DNA from: an uncultured bacterium
GTDB taxonomy: Bacteria > Electryoneota > Electryoneia > Electryoneales > Electryoneaceae
Direction of reading: 5' to 3'
Length of the DNA: 64,000 bases
NCBI GenBank assembly: GCA_964538455.1
Contig: CAZIDZ010000003.1
Coordinates: forward strand, 46,843 to 110,842
The notes below the pieces were generated by a model. That model did no database searches. It was not told the origin of the DNA and saw nothing but the letters and a program-made list of their open reading frames with translations. The translations under genes and the position numbers were made by a program. Position 1 is the stretch's first letter. Every line of letters starts with the position of its first letter. Of this stretch, positions 1 through 8,515 are shown piece after piece.

Positions 1-567
1 TCCTATGTCTTCCTGCCTTGGGCAATTTTCAACATGAAGTACTTCCCGTGGCACGCTCCGGAGGAAAAAAACTTCTTCCTCGGACCGATTGTCGGCTGGA
101 TGATGAAGAAAGCCCAATGCATCCCTCTGACCCGCGGGCACGGAGTTTTCCAGCCTGGAATGACGAGGTTGAAGGAGCTGCTGCAGGACGATGCCATTGT
201 CCACATCTTCCCCGAGGGCACGCGCAGCCGCAGCGGCGATCTCAACAGGGGGCAGGTGGGAGTGGGGCGTTTGGCGTATCAGGCGAAATGCAAGGTGGTG
301 CCGTTGTACCACGAGGGCACGCAAGAATTGCTGCCGATCGGGTCGCACCGCTTGCGCACCGGCAAGCGGATGGAGATGATCGTTGGCGATCCGATCGATA
401 TGTCCGACCTGTACGCTCGTGAGGACAGCCGTGAGGTGTACCAGGCAATCGCCGATCGAATGATCGAGAGCTTCCGGACGCTGCGCACGACCTTGCATGA
501 AATCGGGTACGGCATTATCGATCTTGCCCAGTACGAATCGGTTATGGAGAAAGATCGGATCGCGTGA
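1..567 (+). CDS. 1-acyl-sn-glycerol-3-phosphate acyltransferase family protein (PlsC-like), 5' end cut by window edge
   Basis: Frame 1 is open from base 1, so the listed Met at 34 is probably internal. Carries the acyltransferase motif 'IFPEGTRSRSG'. Stop TGA 565-567 overlaps the next gene's GTG (GTGA). Confidence 0.8.
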   Translation, partial: SYVFLPWAIFNMKYFPWHAPEEKNFFLGPIVGWMMKKAQCIPLTRGHGVFQPGMTRLKELLQDDAIVHIFPEGTRSRSGDLNRGQVGVGRLAYQAKCKVVPLYHEGTQELLPIGSHRLRTGKRMEMIVGDPIDMSDLYAREDSREVYQAIADRMIESFRTLRTTLHEIGYGIIDLAQYESVMEKDRIA

Positions 568-1772
568 GCACCTCTTCCGGCACGGATCACTCCGAATCGA
601 TTCCCGCTCCACCTGGCAGGGGCGCGCATGGCAGCGGAGCCTTCGTCATTTTCATTGTGGTTGCCTTTTCCTTCTACGCCGGGGTCAACGCGTTTCTGTT
701 CGTCCAGATCACCCTCGCTTCGCACCTCGCCGGTGCTTCGTTGCTGCTTCTCGAAGGTGTCCTGCTCGCGTGGGCGCTGGCGTTTCCGCTCGGCAGGATG
801 TTGCCCGGCGACCGATGGATTCCAAGGGTGTTGCGCGTAATCGGATCCTGGTATCTCGCCGTCATGGCTTACGCACTGCTGCTCGCTGTCGTTGTCGATC
901 TCGCGCTCGTCACCGATCACTTTATTCACTGGCTTCCCGTTGCGATTCGCAGCGACCCGGCGTGGGGGAAAGGGCTCCTCTTTTCGGGCGTCGCCCTTGT
1001 CCTGTCCGCAGTGATCAGCGGTAGCCTGAGCGCTGGCCGGCCACGTGTTCTCCGTTTCGATCTATCGCTGAAGGGATTTCCGGTCGACAAACCGCCGCTT
1101 GTGCTGGCGATGATATCCGATCTGCACGCCGGCGCCGCGGTTTCTCCAAAAAGAGTTGCGGCTTTCATCAGAAAACTCGAAAAGCTCGACTTCGACCTGG
1201 TCTGCATCGTCGGTGACCTGGTGGACGAAACACCCTCGCGGCTTCGGCGCCACATCGAACCGCTGCGGAGCCTGCACGCCGCGCAGGGTGTCTATGCGGT
1301 CACCGGCAATCACGAGTATTACAACGGGCGCGACGAGAGCGTAGCGATGATGCGCGAACATGGCATCCGCGTTCTCGAGGATGAAGCGGTTGAGATCGCG
1401 GGCAGCATCCTGCTGATTGGGGTCGAGGATCGGCCGGGTGCATTGCAACGGCGGCGGCAGGTGGAGCCGCTCGACGAGCTGCTTGCCCAATGGAAGGATC
1501 ATCCGCTGCCGAAGGTGCTGTTGCACCACACGCCAGTGCTGTTGTCGGCGGCGGATCGCAACGGTGTCGCCTTGCAGCTCTCCGGCCACACTCACGGCGG
1601 CCAGCTTTGGCCCTTTGGCGGAATGGCAAAACGGGCGTACGGAATTTCAAAGGGGTGGAAGCAGCTTGACCGCGGGATGAAGCTTTTTGTCAGCACGGGT
1701 CTCGGCACTTGGGGACCGCCCGTGCGGGTGGGCAATCCACCCGAGATCGTGCTGTTTACGCTCCACGGCTGA
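564..1772 (+). CDS. membrane-anchored metallophosphoesterase (calcineurin-like)
   Basis: 402-aa ORF. The N-terminal ~150 aa is hydrophobic helices, followed by the motifs 'SDLHAG', 'GDLVDE', 'GNHEYY' and 'GHTHGGQ'. Confidence 0.85.
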   Translation: MSTSSGTDHSESIPAPPGRGAHGSGAFVIFIVVAFSFYAGVNAFLFVQITLASHLAGASLLLLEGVLLAWALAFPLGRMLPGDRWIPRVLRVIGSWYLAVMAYALLLAVVVDLALVTDHFIHWLPVAIRSDPAWGKGLLFSGVALVLSAVISGSLSAGRPRVLRFDLSLKGFPVDKPPLVLAMISDLHAGAAVSPKRVAAFIRKLEKLDFDLVCIVGDLVDETPSRLRRHIEPLRSLHAAQGVYAVTGNHEYYNGRDESVAMMREHGIRVLEDEAVEIAGSILLIGVEDRPGALQRRRQVEPLDELLAQWKDHPLPKVLLHHTPVLLSAADRNGVALQLSGHTHGGQLWPFGGMAKRAYGISKGWKQLDRGMKLFVSTGLGTWGPPVRVGNPPEIVLFTLHG

Positions 1773-1876
1773 GACACGGAGTGCCGCGGAGGAATTCCAT
1801 ACAGAGGCTGATTTGGTATCACGTCGTGTTTCGCTGGCGCCGTCTTGCAGTTGTGGTGTTGCGGCGGCGAAGACGG

Positions 1877-2395
1877 TCACGGTATCGGAAAAGCGCCTTC
1901 GCGGCTGAACAGGCGGCGCAGTCGCTGTGCCTGGGCGTCGGCGATGTCGAGGAAGGCCTGGTATGCTTCAACATCTCCGCCGGTGGGATCGAGGATGTCT
2001 GTATCTCCGGACCATCCGGGATCGCGCCCGTACGCGAGCAGGGGAAAGACATGCCCCGCCAATTTAGGAAATTGGCGCAGGATCACATCGGTCTGGGTCT
2101 GTTCCACGGTCAGCACCAGGTCCGCATCCCGTGCGATTTCATCGTCGAATGGCTGCGCACGATGTCCTGCAAGCGACTCCCCCTGGAGCCGCAACACGGT
2201 CAGCAGAACGGGATGGGCGGGAACGCCCGGTGTGGCAATGATCCCGGCGGATGATATCTTCGGGAGCCGCCGGCCCGGCAACGCGAGAGACTCGAGCTCC
2301 GCTTGGAGGCGATGGGCCAGATACGGACTGCGGGTGACGTTTGCCGTGCAGACAATTACGACATTCTGGCGCTTGCTACCAGGTAATGGAATCAT
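1877..2395 (-). CDS. low-molecular-weight phosphatase family protein (LMW-PTP/ArsC fold)
   Basis: P-loop 'VIVCTANVTRSPY' (C-X5-R-S) near the N-terminus and 'DILDPTGG' (Asp-Pro general acid). Start placed at the internal Met at 2395; the longer ORF to 2476 is possible. Confidence 0.75.
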   Translation of the reverse strand: MIPLPGSKRQNVVIVCTANVTRSPYLAHRLQAELESLALPGRRLPKISSAGIIATPGVPAHPVLLTVLRLQGESLAGHRAQPFDDEIARDADLVLTVEQTQTDVILRQFPKLAGHVFPLLAYGRDPGWSGDTDILDPTGGDVEAYQAFLDIADAQAQRLRRLFSREGAFPIP

Positions 2396-2496
2396 CCGTT
2401 CGATCTCCTGAGCTCTTGAAGCCAAGGTTGCGGCGGAATCATGTTCTGCGCAAGTGTGCATCGGCTGCGGCCACAATTGGTGGGGAGAAGAAGAAC

Positions 2497-3195
2497 ATGG
2501 TTGGAACGGTTGTCAACGCAGGGGCGGTGCTCGCGGGGGGAAGCCTGGGGCTGATCGTCCACAGCCGTCTTCCCGAGCGGCACCGCAAGATTGCTTTTCA
2601 GGGTCTCGGCCTGGTGACATTGATGCTCGGTTTGTCGATGGCCCTTCGCACACGCAACCCGGTGATCCTGATTCTCAGCATTCTCATCGGCGCCCTGATC
2701 GGCGAGAGTTTCCGGCTCGAAACCCGCCTGGAGTCGAGCGTCGAATGGATTCGCAGCCGTTTCGCACGGGGATCGGACTCCAGGTTTACGGAAGGGGTGA
2801 TCACGGCGTTCATGATGTTCTGCATGGGGTCGATGACCATCATCGGTGCCCTCGAGGATGGAATGGGGAAGGGAGCGGATCTGCTCTTCGCCAAATCTGT
2901 GATGGACGGCTTCGCCTCAATGGCCTTCGCCGCCACCTTCGGCGTCGGAGTGCTCTTCAGTGTCGTCCCGCTGCTGATCTACCAGGGCGGGTGGACCCTG
3001 GCCGGGTATCTGCTCGGCAATCTGCTCCCCGAAGCGGTCACCGCTGAACTCAGTGCGGTTGGCGGTGTGATCCTGATCGGCTTGGGATTGAACATCCTCG
3101 AGTTGAAAAAAATACCGCTGTTGAACCTGTTGCCGGGACTGTTGATCGCAATCCTGGTTGGCCTTGTTTGGCCTTACCTGGGCTTGCACGGATAG
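2497..3195 (+). CDS. DUF554 family integral membrane protein
   Basis: Polytopic hydrophobic protein starting 'MVGTVVNAGAVLAGGSLG'. Purine-rich GGGGAGAAG lies just upstream of ATG 2497. The upstream part of the ORF (2341-2496) looks non-coding. Confidence 0.8.
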   Translation: MVGTVVNAGAVLAGGSLGLIVHSRLPERHRKIAFQGLGLVTLMLGLSMALRTRNPVILILSILIGALIGESFRLETRLESSVEWIRSRFARGSDSRFTEGVITAFMMFCMGSMTIIGALEDGMGKGADLLFAKSVMDGFASMAFAATFGVGVLFSVVPLLIYQGGWTLAGYLLGNLLPEAVTAELSAVGGVILIGLGLNILELKKIPLLNLLPGLLIAILVGLVWPYLGLHG

Positions 3196-3325
3196 CCGGA
3201 AAACATCAATGAATATGGGATAATGCGGCTATGCAGGAGACGTCTGATCGATTCGGTGATTTCGGGGCAACAGTTGGGTAAATAGGGCAGGCAAGGCGAT
3301 TCTCGCGGACGGGGTGTCTTGCCGC

Positions 3326-4183
3326 TCAGGGTACCATCGCGAGAGCGGCTACCACTTCGCCGGCTTTCCGCCATGGTGGCAGACTGACACGTTTTTGCAG
3401 CACCGCCCGTGGGTCGTTTTCGATCTCGTACAGAAGGGCTTTGTAGATTCTCCGCATGGCTTCGGATGTGATCAGTCTGGCGGCTGCGCTGCGCGGACGG
3501 TGGCGTTCCGCTTCTTCATAAGCGTTCTTCGCCATCGAAATCAGCGACCGCATCAGCTTCTCGAAACCTTTGCCGCCTCGGCCCGACGTGATGTCTTCCA
3601 CAGTGACACCGTGTTCTTTCATCAGCTCTCGGGGGATATAAATGCGCCCCATCCGAGCGTCCTCGCGCAAATCCCGGATCACGTTGGTCAGCTGCAGCGC
3701 CCGTCCCAACGCCAAACCGTAATCGATGGCCTTCTGGCCCGCGACGCCGAACACCTCGAGACACAGCAGGCCCACCGTTCCAGCCGCCCGGTAGCAGTAC
3801 TCGTCGAGTTCGGATTTCGTGTCGAGGGCGACCGGCCCGATGTCACCTTCCATGCCGAGCAGCAGGTCTTCGAAGTACTGCCGCGTCAACCGGTATCGCC
3901 CGACCGTGTCCGCAAGCGCCAGCTCCATCGGCGACTGAGGCTTGCCTCGATACACCCGCTCAAGCCCACCTTTCACCAGCTCGAGAGCGGCGCGCCGAAG
4001 CGAGGGTTCGGGGAGTTCATCCACGGCGTCGTCGGCGGCACGGCAGAACGCATACACGGCGTAAATCGCGTACCGTTTGGTCCGCGGCAGCAGCTGGAAG
4101 GCAAGAAAGAAGTTCCCCGCTGACTTCTTCACCACCGTCTTGCAGTAGTTGTAGGCGCTGCGCAAATGCTTCACAAGTGCCAT
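3326..4183 (-). CDS. hpnD: squalene/phytoene synthase family, HpnD-like (presqualene diphosphate synthase)
   Basis: 'YAVYAFCRAADDAVDE' (first Asp-rich motif) and 'NVIRDLREDARMGRIYIP' (second motif). Start Met at 4183 overlaps the hpnC stop by 13 nt. Confidence 0.75.
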   Translation of the reverse strand: MALVKHLRSAYNYCKTVVKKSAGNFFLAFQLLPRTKRYAIYAVYAFCRAADDAVDELPEPSLRRAALELVKGGLERVYRGKPQSPMELALADTVGRYRLTRQYFEDLLLGMEGDIGPVALDTKSELDEYCYRAAGTVGLLCLEVFGVAGQKAIDYGLALGRALQLTNVIRDLREDARMGRIYIPRELMKEHGVTVEDITSGRGGKGFEKLMRSLISMAKNAYEEAERHRPRSAAARLITSEAMRRIYKALLYEIENDPRAVLQKRVSLPPWRKAGEVVAALAMVP

Positions 4184-5100
4184 CCGAAAAATGCCCGAAA
4201 AACCAGAGCCCCCTTGGCCAATCCGCCGACCCGCCGGTGCCGTGAACCAGCATCCCACATTACCCGTTTCAAGGCGCCGAGCGCAAGCAGTCCGCCTCCG
4301 TGAAAAAGAACGAGCTGCCGCCGAAGCGGACCGTGTACGCCGGACATCAACTCCAAACCGGCCGATAGGAAATGTTCAGCTCTTTCAGCCTCGAATGCAA
4401 GCAGCTCCCGCACTGGACCCGGCGAGGGAGCTTGAGCGAGCATCTCGGCCGTGACCCCGAATCGTTGAAGATCTTCCAATGGCAGATAGACGCGGTTTCG
4501 CTCGGCGAGATCGGTGCGGATATCCTGCATGAAGTTGACGAGTTGCAATCCCGTACAAACGGAGTCCGAGAGCCGGTCCAGACGGCCGTCATCGTACCCG
4601 TGGACTCGAAGTACCCAGCGTCCCACGGGGTTGGCGGAGCCTTCCGTATAGTCAAGCACCTCGTTCCAGGTGGGAAACCGGATCTCACCCTGATCCCTCT
4701 CGAAGGTGCGGACCATCGCTTCGAACAGCGACTGCTCGATGGAGTGCCGCCGCACGACATGGCGCAGCGCAATAAAAGCCGGATGGCTGGGTTGTTTTTC
4801 TGAATAGGCTTCGTCTAGGTAGCGGCGCCACTCCTGCAGGGCTTCGAGGCGTGCTTTCTTTTTCAATTGACCCGGGAGCTGCGCGGCAATGTCGTCCGCG
4901 CGCCAGTCCGCGCCGCGAGCGAATGCGTACAGCGCAGCGTAATCGTCGCGGTGGGCGCGGGGGAGAAACAGGGAGAGCACCTGGAAGTTTTCATAGTGGG
5001 CGGAGGCGTAAGCGCGGCACCAATCAAACGCCTCCCGCTCCGTCCAGGTTGACTTCGACCGGGCAATCTGTTCGAGGGCTTCGACGGTGTTTCTATTCAT
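4171..5100 (-). CDS. hpnC: squalene synthase family, HpnC-like (hydroxysqualene synthase)
   Basis: 'SAHYENFQVLSLFLP', 'LYAFARGADWRADD' and 'NFMQDIRTDLAERNRVYLP'. Paired head-to-tail with the HpnD-like gene. Confidence 0.7.
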   Translation of the reverse strand: MNRNTVEALEQIARSKSTWTEREAFDWCRAYASAHYENFQVLSLFLPRAHRDDYAALYAFARGADWRADDIAAQLPGQLKKKARLEALQEWRRYLDEAYSEKQPSHPAFIALRHVVRRHSIEQSLFEAMVRTFERDQGEIRFPTWNEVLDYTEGSANPVGRWVLRVHGYDDGRLDRLSDSVCTGLQLVNFMQDIRTDLAERNRVYLPLEDLQRFGVTAEMLAQAPSPGPVRELLAFEAERAEHFLSAGLELMSGVHGPLRRQLVLFHGGGLLALGALKRVMWDAGSRHRRVGGLAKGALVFRAFFGWHL

Positions 5101-5188
5101 TCCATTCCCCCGAAACTACTCTGCTCCGGCTCCGGTGAGTCAATCGTGGAGCCTGCCGTCGTAGAAAGGCGAATCCCCGGAACGTACG

Positions 5189-6544
5189 TCACGTAAGATG
5201 TTTTTCGACCTCATGGAGGACACCTTCGACCTCCGCCCGGTACGCTTCCATCCGCTCCTCGGTGTCCGCTTCAAAGCGCATCACGAGCACCGGTTGTGTG
5301 TTGCTCGCGCGCAGCAGGCCCCAGCCGTGTTCGAAATTGACCCGTACGCCGTCGATATCTACGACGTCGTATTTTCCCTTGAAGTGCTCGGCGACTTCCG
5401 CCACGATTTTGAATTTCAGGTTGTCGTCGGAATCCACTCGCATTTCGGGCGTCGACGGGTAGAGGGGAAGGTCGGCGAGTAATCCGGAGAGCGGTTTGTC
5501 CTCGGCGGCGAGAATTTCAGCGAGTCGGAGCGAGGCGTAGATCGCGTCGTCATAGCCGAAGTAGCGGTCGTTGAAAAACATGTGCCCGCTCATCTCCCCG
5601 GCGAGCTTGGCGTTTTCTTCGCGCAGTTTCGCTTTCAGAAACGAGTGTCCCGTTTTCCACATCAGTGGTTTTCCACCGTGCTTCGCGATGTCGTCGTACA
5701 GCGCCTTCGAACATTTCACCTCGCCGATGATCGTTGCGCCGGGGTACTGCTTGAGCACTCCGCGGGCGTAGAGCGCGAGCAGCCGGTCCCCCCACAGAAC
5801 GCTGCCCTTGTCATCGATCACCCCGATGCGGTCGGCGTCCCCGTCGTATGCGATCCCGCATTCAAGCTTTTCCGCGAGCACGGCTTTTTTCACATCCTCA
5901 AGATTCTTCAAAACTGTCGGGTCGGGATGGTGATTCGGGAAGGTCCCGTCCACCTCGCTGAACAGCTCCAGGGGTTCGCAGCCCAGCAACCGAAAAAGTT
6001 GCGGCGCCGCAAGACCGGCGACCCCGTTTCCGCTGTCGAGTGCGACCCGGACAGGGCGTTTCAGCGTGATGTCCTTCGTGATCGTCTCGAGATAGGCAGG
6101 CAACACGTCCGCCGTTTCATAGCCGCCATCGCCGGATCGAAAGTCTTTTTTCTGGATGCGGCGGTACAGATCCTGGATCATCTCTCCGAACACGGTTGTT
6201 TTGCCCATCGTCATCTTGAAGCCGTTGAACTCGGGGGGATTGTGGCTCCCGGTGATCTGTACGGCGCCATCCGGGTTCAGGTGGTAGATGGCGAAATAGA
6301 GCACCGGCGTCGGAACCATCCCGATGTCGACAACGGTCACTCCTGCCGCCCGCACGCCTTTGGAAAAGGCATCCCGCAGCCCGGGGCCGCTGATCCGTCC
6401 GTCGCGGCCGAGCACGAGACGGCGGCCCCCTTCGTCTCGAACCCACGATCCGAACGCCCTTCCCAATATCTCCACAACGTCAGGGGTCAACTCTGTTTCG
6501 ACAATGCCGCGAATGTCGTACTGACGAAAGATGTTCGCGTTCAT
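5189..6544 (-). CDS. phosphomannomutase/phosphoglucomutase
   Basis: N-terminus 'MNANIFRQYDIRGIV', phosphoserine loop 'TGSHNPPEFNGFK' and Mg site 'DGDADR'. Start set at ATG 6544; the 106 upstream codons of the ORF are Arg-rich junk. Confidence 0.9.
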   Translation of the reverse strand: MNANIFRQYDIRGIVETELTPDVVEILGRAFGSWVRDEGGRRLVLGRDGRISGPGLRDAFSKGVRAAGVTVVDIGMVPTPVLYFAIYHLNPDGAVQITGSHNPPEFNGFKMTMGKTTVFGEMIQDLYRRIQKKDFRSGDGGYETADVLPAYLETITKDITLKRPVRVALDSGNGVAGLAAPQLFRLLGCEPLELFSEVDGTFPNHHPDPTVLKNLEDVKKAVLAEKLECGIAYDGDADRIGVIDDKGSVLWGDRLLALYARGVLKQYPGATIIGEVKCSKALYDDIAKHGGKPLMWKTGHSFLKAKLREENAKLAGEMSGHMFFNDRYFGYDDAIYASLRLAEILAAEDKPLSGLLADLPLYPSTPEMRVDSDDNLKFKIVAEVAEHFKGKYDVVDIDGVRVNFEHGWGLLRASNTQPVLVMRFEADTEERMEAYRAEVEGVLHEVEKHLT

Positions 6545-6593
6545 CCGGTCCTCCGTTGCCCCAGCTTGCATGATGGGGCGATTCCGTGTGCCA

Positions 6594-7787
6594 TCACAGC
6601 GAAGAAGGAAACTCGCCCAGGGTTGCGCGGCTGCCGAACGCCGCAACCCTCTCGAGTGTCGAAAAGTACAACTCTTCGTAAAGTTGAACGATGGGTTCGG
6701 GAGAAAAGCGTTCGACGGCCGTCTTGCGCGCCGCGCTCGACATCTGCTTGTGGAGCGCCGCGTCGCCGAGGATTTCCAGCGCCGCCGTTGCCATTCCCTC
6801 GACATCCCCAACCGGGAGCAGCCTGCCCTCGATGCCGTCGGTAACGACTTCCGGGAGACCACCGGCGCGGGCGCCGATCACAGGCACTCCGCAGGCCATC
6901 GCTTCGAGCGCAGCCAGACCGAAACTTTCACCGTCGGACGGAAACAACAGCAAGTCCGCACCCGGCAGAAGCTCCTCGATGGCGTCATTGGAGCCGAGGA
7001 AGTGCACGTCCGCGGAATAGGACGTAGCCTTCAACCGTTTCTCCGCGGCGAGGCGTTCGGGGCCGTCCCCGACCATGACCAGTTTCGCCGGTCCGTGCTC
7101 ACGGATCTTCAGGTAGATCTCAACGACGTCCTGGATGCGTTTCACAGGCCGGAAATTGGACACATGCATCAGTACCGGCGCTTCAGATCCCGCTCGGAGT
7201 CGTTGAGCCGGCTCTAGGCGCTGAGGGGTGTACCGTTCGCTGTCGACGAAGTTGTAGATCACCTGAGACTCGCATTCGCACCCGACAACTTCATTCACGC
7301 GCTGCGCCAGCCACGAACTGACAGCGGTCACTGCATCGCTGATTTCCACGGAAAACCGCGTGATGTTCAGGTAGGAGGGATCGTTCCCGACGATGGTGAT
7401 GTCGGTGCCGTGCAGGGTTGTGATCACCGGAATATCTTCGCGACCTGCGATCCTGCGCCCCATCCAGGCGGACATTGCGTGTGGGAGCGCGTAGTGAACA
7501 TGTAGCACGTCGAGCGAATGGTGATAGATCACTTCGGAGATCTCCGCCGCCAGCGCCAGGGAATAGGGGGGATACTCGAATAGCGGGTACTCCGGAACGC
7601 GGACGTGGTGAAACGAGACATTCTTGCGCAATGTATCCAGCCGTGCGGGTTGTGCGTAGGAGAGCACGTGCACCTCGTGCCCCCGTGCAGCCATCCGGTG
7701 GGCGACTTCCGCGGCAATGATCCCGCTGCCGCCCTGGGTTGGATAGCAGACGATTCCGACCTTGAGCTGTTTCCTCGCCGTACTCAT
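6594..7787 (-). CDS. bshA: N-acetyl-alpha-D-glucosaminyl L-malate synthase BshA (GT4)
   Basis: Motif-level match to B. subtilis BshA as I recall it: 'KVGIVCYPTQGGSGIIAAE', 'HVHYALPHA', 'TTLHGTDIT', 'HVSNFRPVKR', 'MVGDGPE', 'ESFGLAALEAMACGVP'. ATGA overlap with the bshB stop (7784-7787). Confidence 0.93.
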   Translation of the reverse strand: MSTARKQLKVGIVCYPTQGGSGIIAAEVAHRMAARGHEVHVLSYAQPARLDTLRKNVSFHHVRVPEYPLFEYPPYSLALAAEISEVIYHHSLDVLHVHYALPHAMSAWMGRRIAGREDIPVITTLHGTDITIVGNDPSYLNITRFSVEISDAVTAVSSWLAQRVNEVVGCECESQVIYNFVDSERYTPQRLEPAQRLRAGSEAPVLMHVSNFRPVKRIQDVVEIYLKIREHGPAKLVMVGDGPERLAAEKRLKATSYSADVHFLGSNDAIEELLPGADLLLFPSDGESFGLAALEAMACGVPVIGARAGGLPEVVTDGIEGRLLPVGDVEGMATAALEILGDAALHKQMSSAARKTAVERFSPEPIVQLYEELYFSTLERVAAFGSRATLGEFPSSL

Positions 7788-8515
7788 GGGTTGGCCGCTC
7801 CGTTGCTTTCGACAAGAATCTTGATCGGGTCGTCGACGGGGATAGGCGTGCGCGTAACATACGGCTCGCCGCGGCGGACGCCGATCTGGGCTCCATACAA
7901 GGCTCCGCGTCCATCCAGCCATTCCAAGAAAGTCGGATTCGAGAGGTAGGTGTCGGGCTGGCCCTTTTGCGGAGTGTGGAATTGAGTTTTGTACGCTGCG
8001 ACCGCCCGCGAACGCACGTCCCACGTTTCGCTGACGTCGACGATCAGGTTCGCCTCGGGATTCCACCACATCGGATAGAGCAGCATCGCGGACACTTTGT
8101 GCCGCTCGAGATCGGAGGGATATTTACCGGCGTTCGCAAGAAAAACGGCGTTCTCCACCAGCATCGATCCCTGCAAGTGGTCCGGGTGGCGATCCCGGGC
8201 TGTCGGCGCGATGACGAGGCGGGGCTGATGCTTGCGCAGGATTTCCACGACCTTGTGGCGCTGATCGAAATCCGTTCCGTTGAGGAAACCATCGGGGAGA
8301 TCGAGGCGTTCCCGTACGCTCACGCCGAGGATTCCGGCGGCTTCGTCCGCTTCGGCGTCGCGCTGTTCGCGGCTGCCGCGAGTTCCCATTTCGCCGCGGG
8401 TCAGATCCACAAGCCCGACGGAATACCTCAGCTTCACCAGCTTCGCGACCGTACCGCCGCAGAAAATCTCCACGTCGTCCGGGTGAGGTCCGAATGCGAG
8501 AACGTCAAGACTCAT
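7784..8515 (-). CDS. bshB: bacillithiol biosynthesis deacetylase BshB1 (LmbE/PIG-L family)
   Basis: 'VLAFGPHPDDVEIFCGGT', 'LTRGEMGTRG' and 'DRHPDH'. Sits between bshC and bshA with overlapping stop/start codons. Confidence 0.9.
   Translation of the reverse strand: MSLDVLAFGPHPDDVEIFCGGTVAKLVKLRYSVGLVDLTRGEMGTRGSREQRDAEADEAAGILGVSVRERLDLPDGFLNGTDFDQRHKVVEILRKHQPRLVIAPTARDRHPDHLQGSMLVENAVFLANAGKYPSDLERHKVSAMLLYPMWWNPEANLIVDVSETWDVRSRAVAAYKTQFHTPQKGQPDTYLSNPTFLEWLDGRGALYGAQIGVRRGEPYVTRTPIPVDDPIKILVESNGAANP

Noticed and set aside
5582-6844. 420-aa plus-strand ORF. The same reasoning covers other similar long shadows: 14616-15773(-), 16519-17592(-), 21025-22155(-), 33566-34648(+), 39884-41230(-), 42383-43474(+), 43659-44777(+), 49136-50224(-), 54768-56015(-) and 61337-62299(-).
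   Set aside because: Each is antisense to, or out of frame with, a gene that has strong family motifs (PMM/PGM, MeaB, mutase, kinase, E2, GPx/hydroxylase, PntB, PntAA, YicC, RelA, NadD). All have low-complexity Arg/His/Pro/Gly-rich translations.
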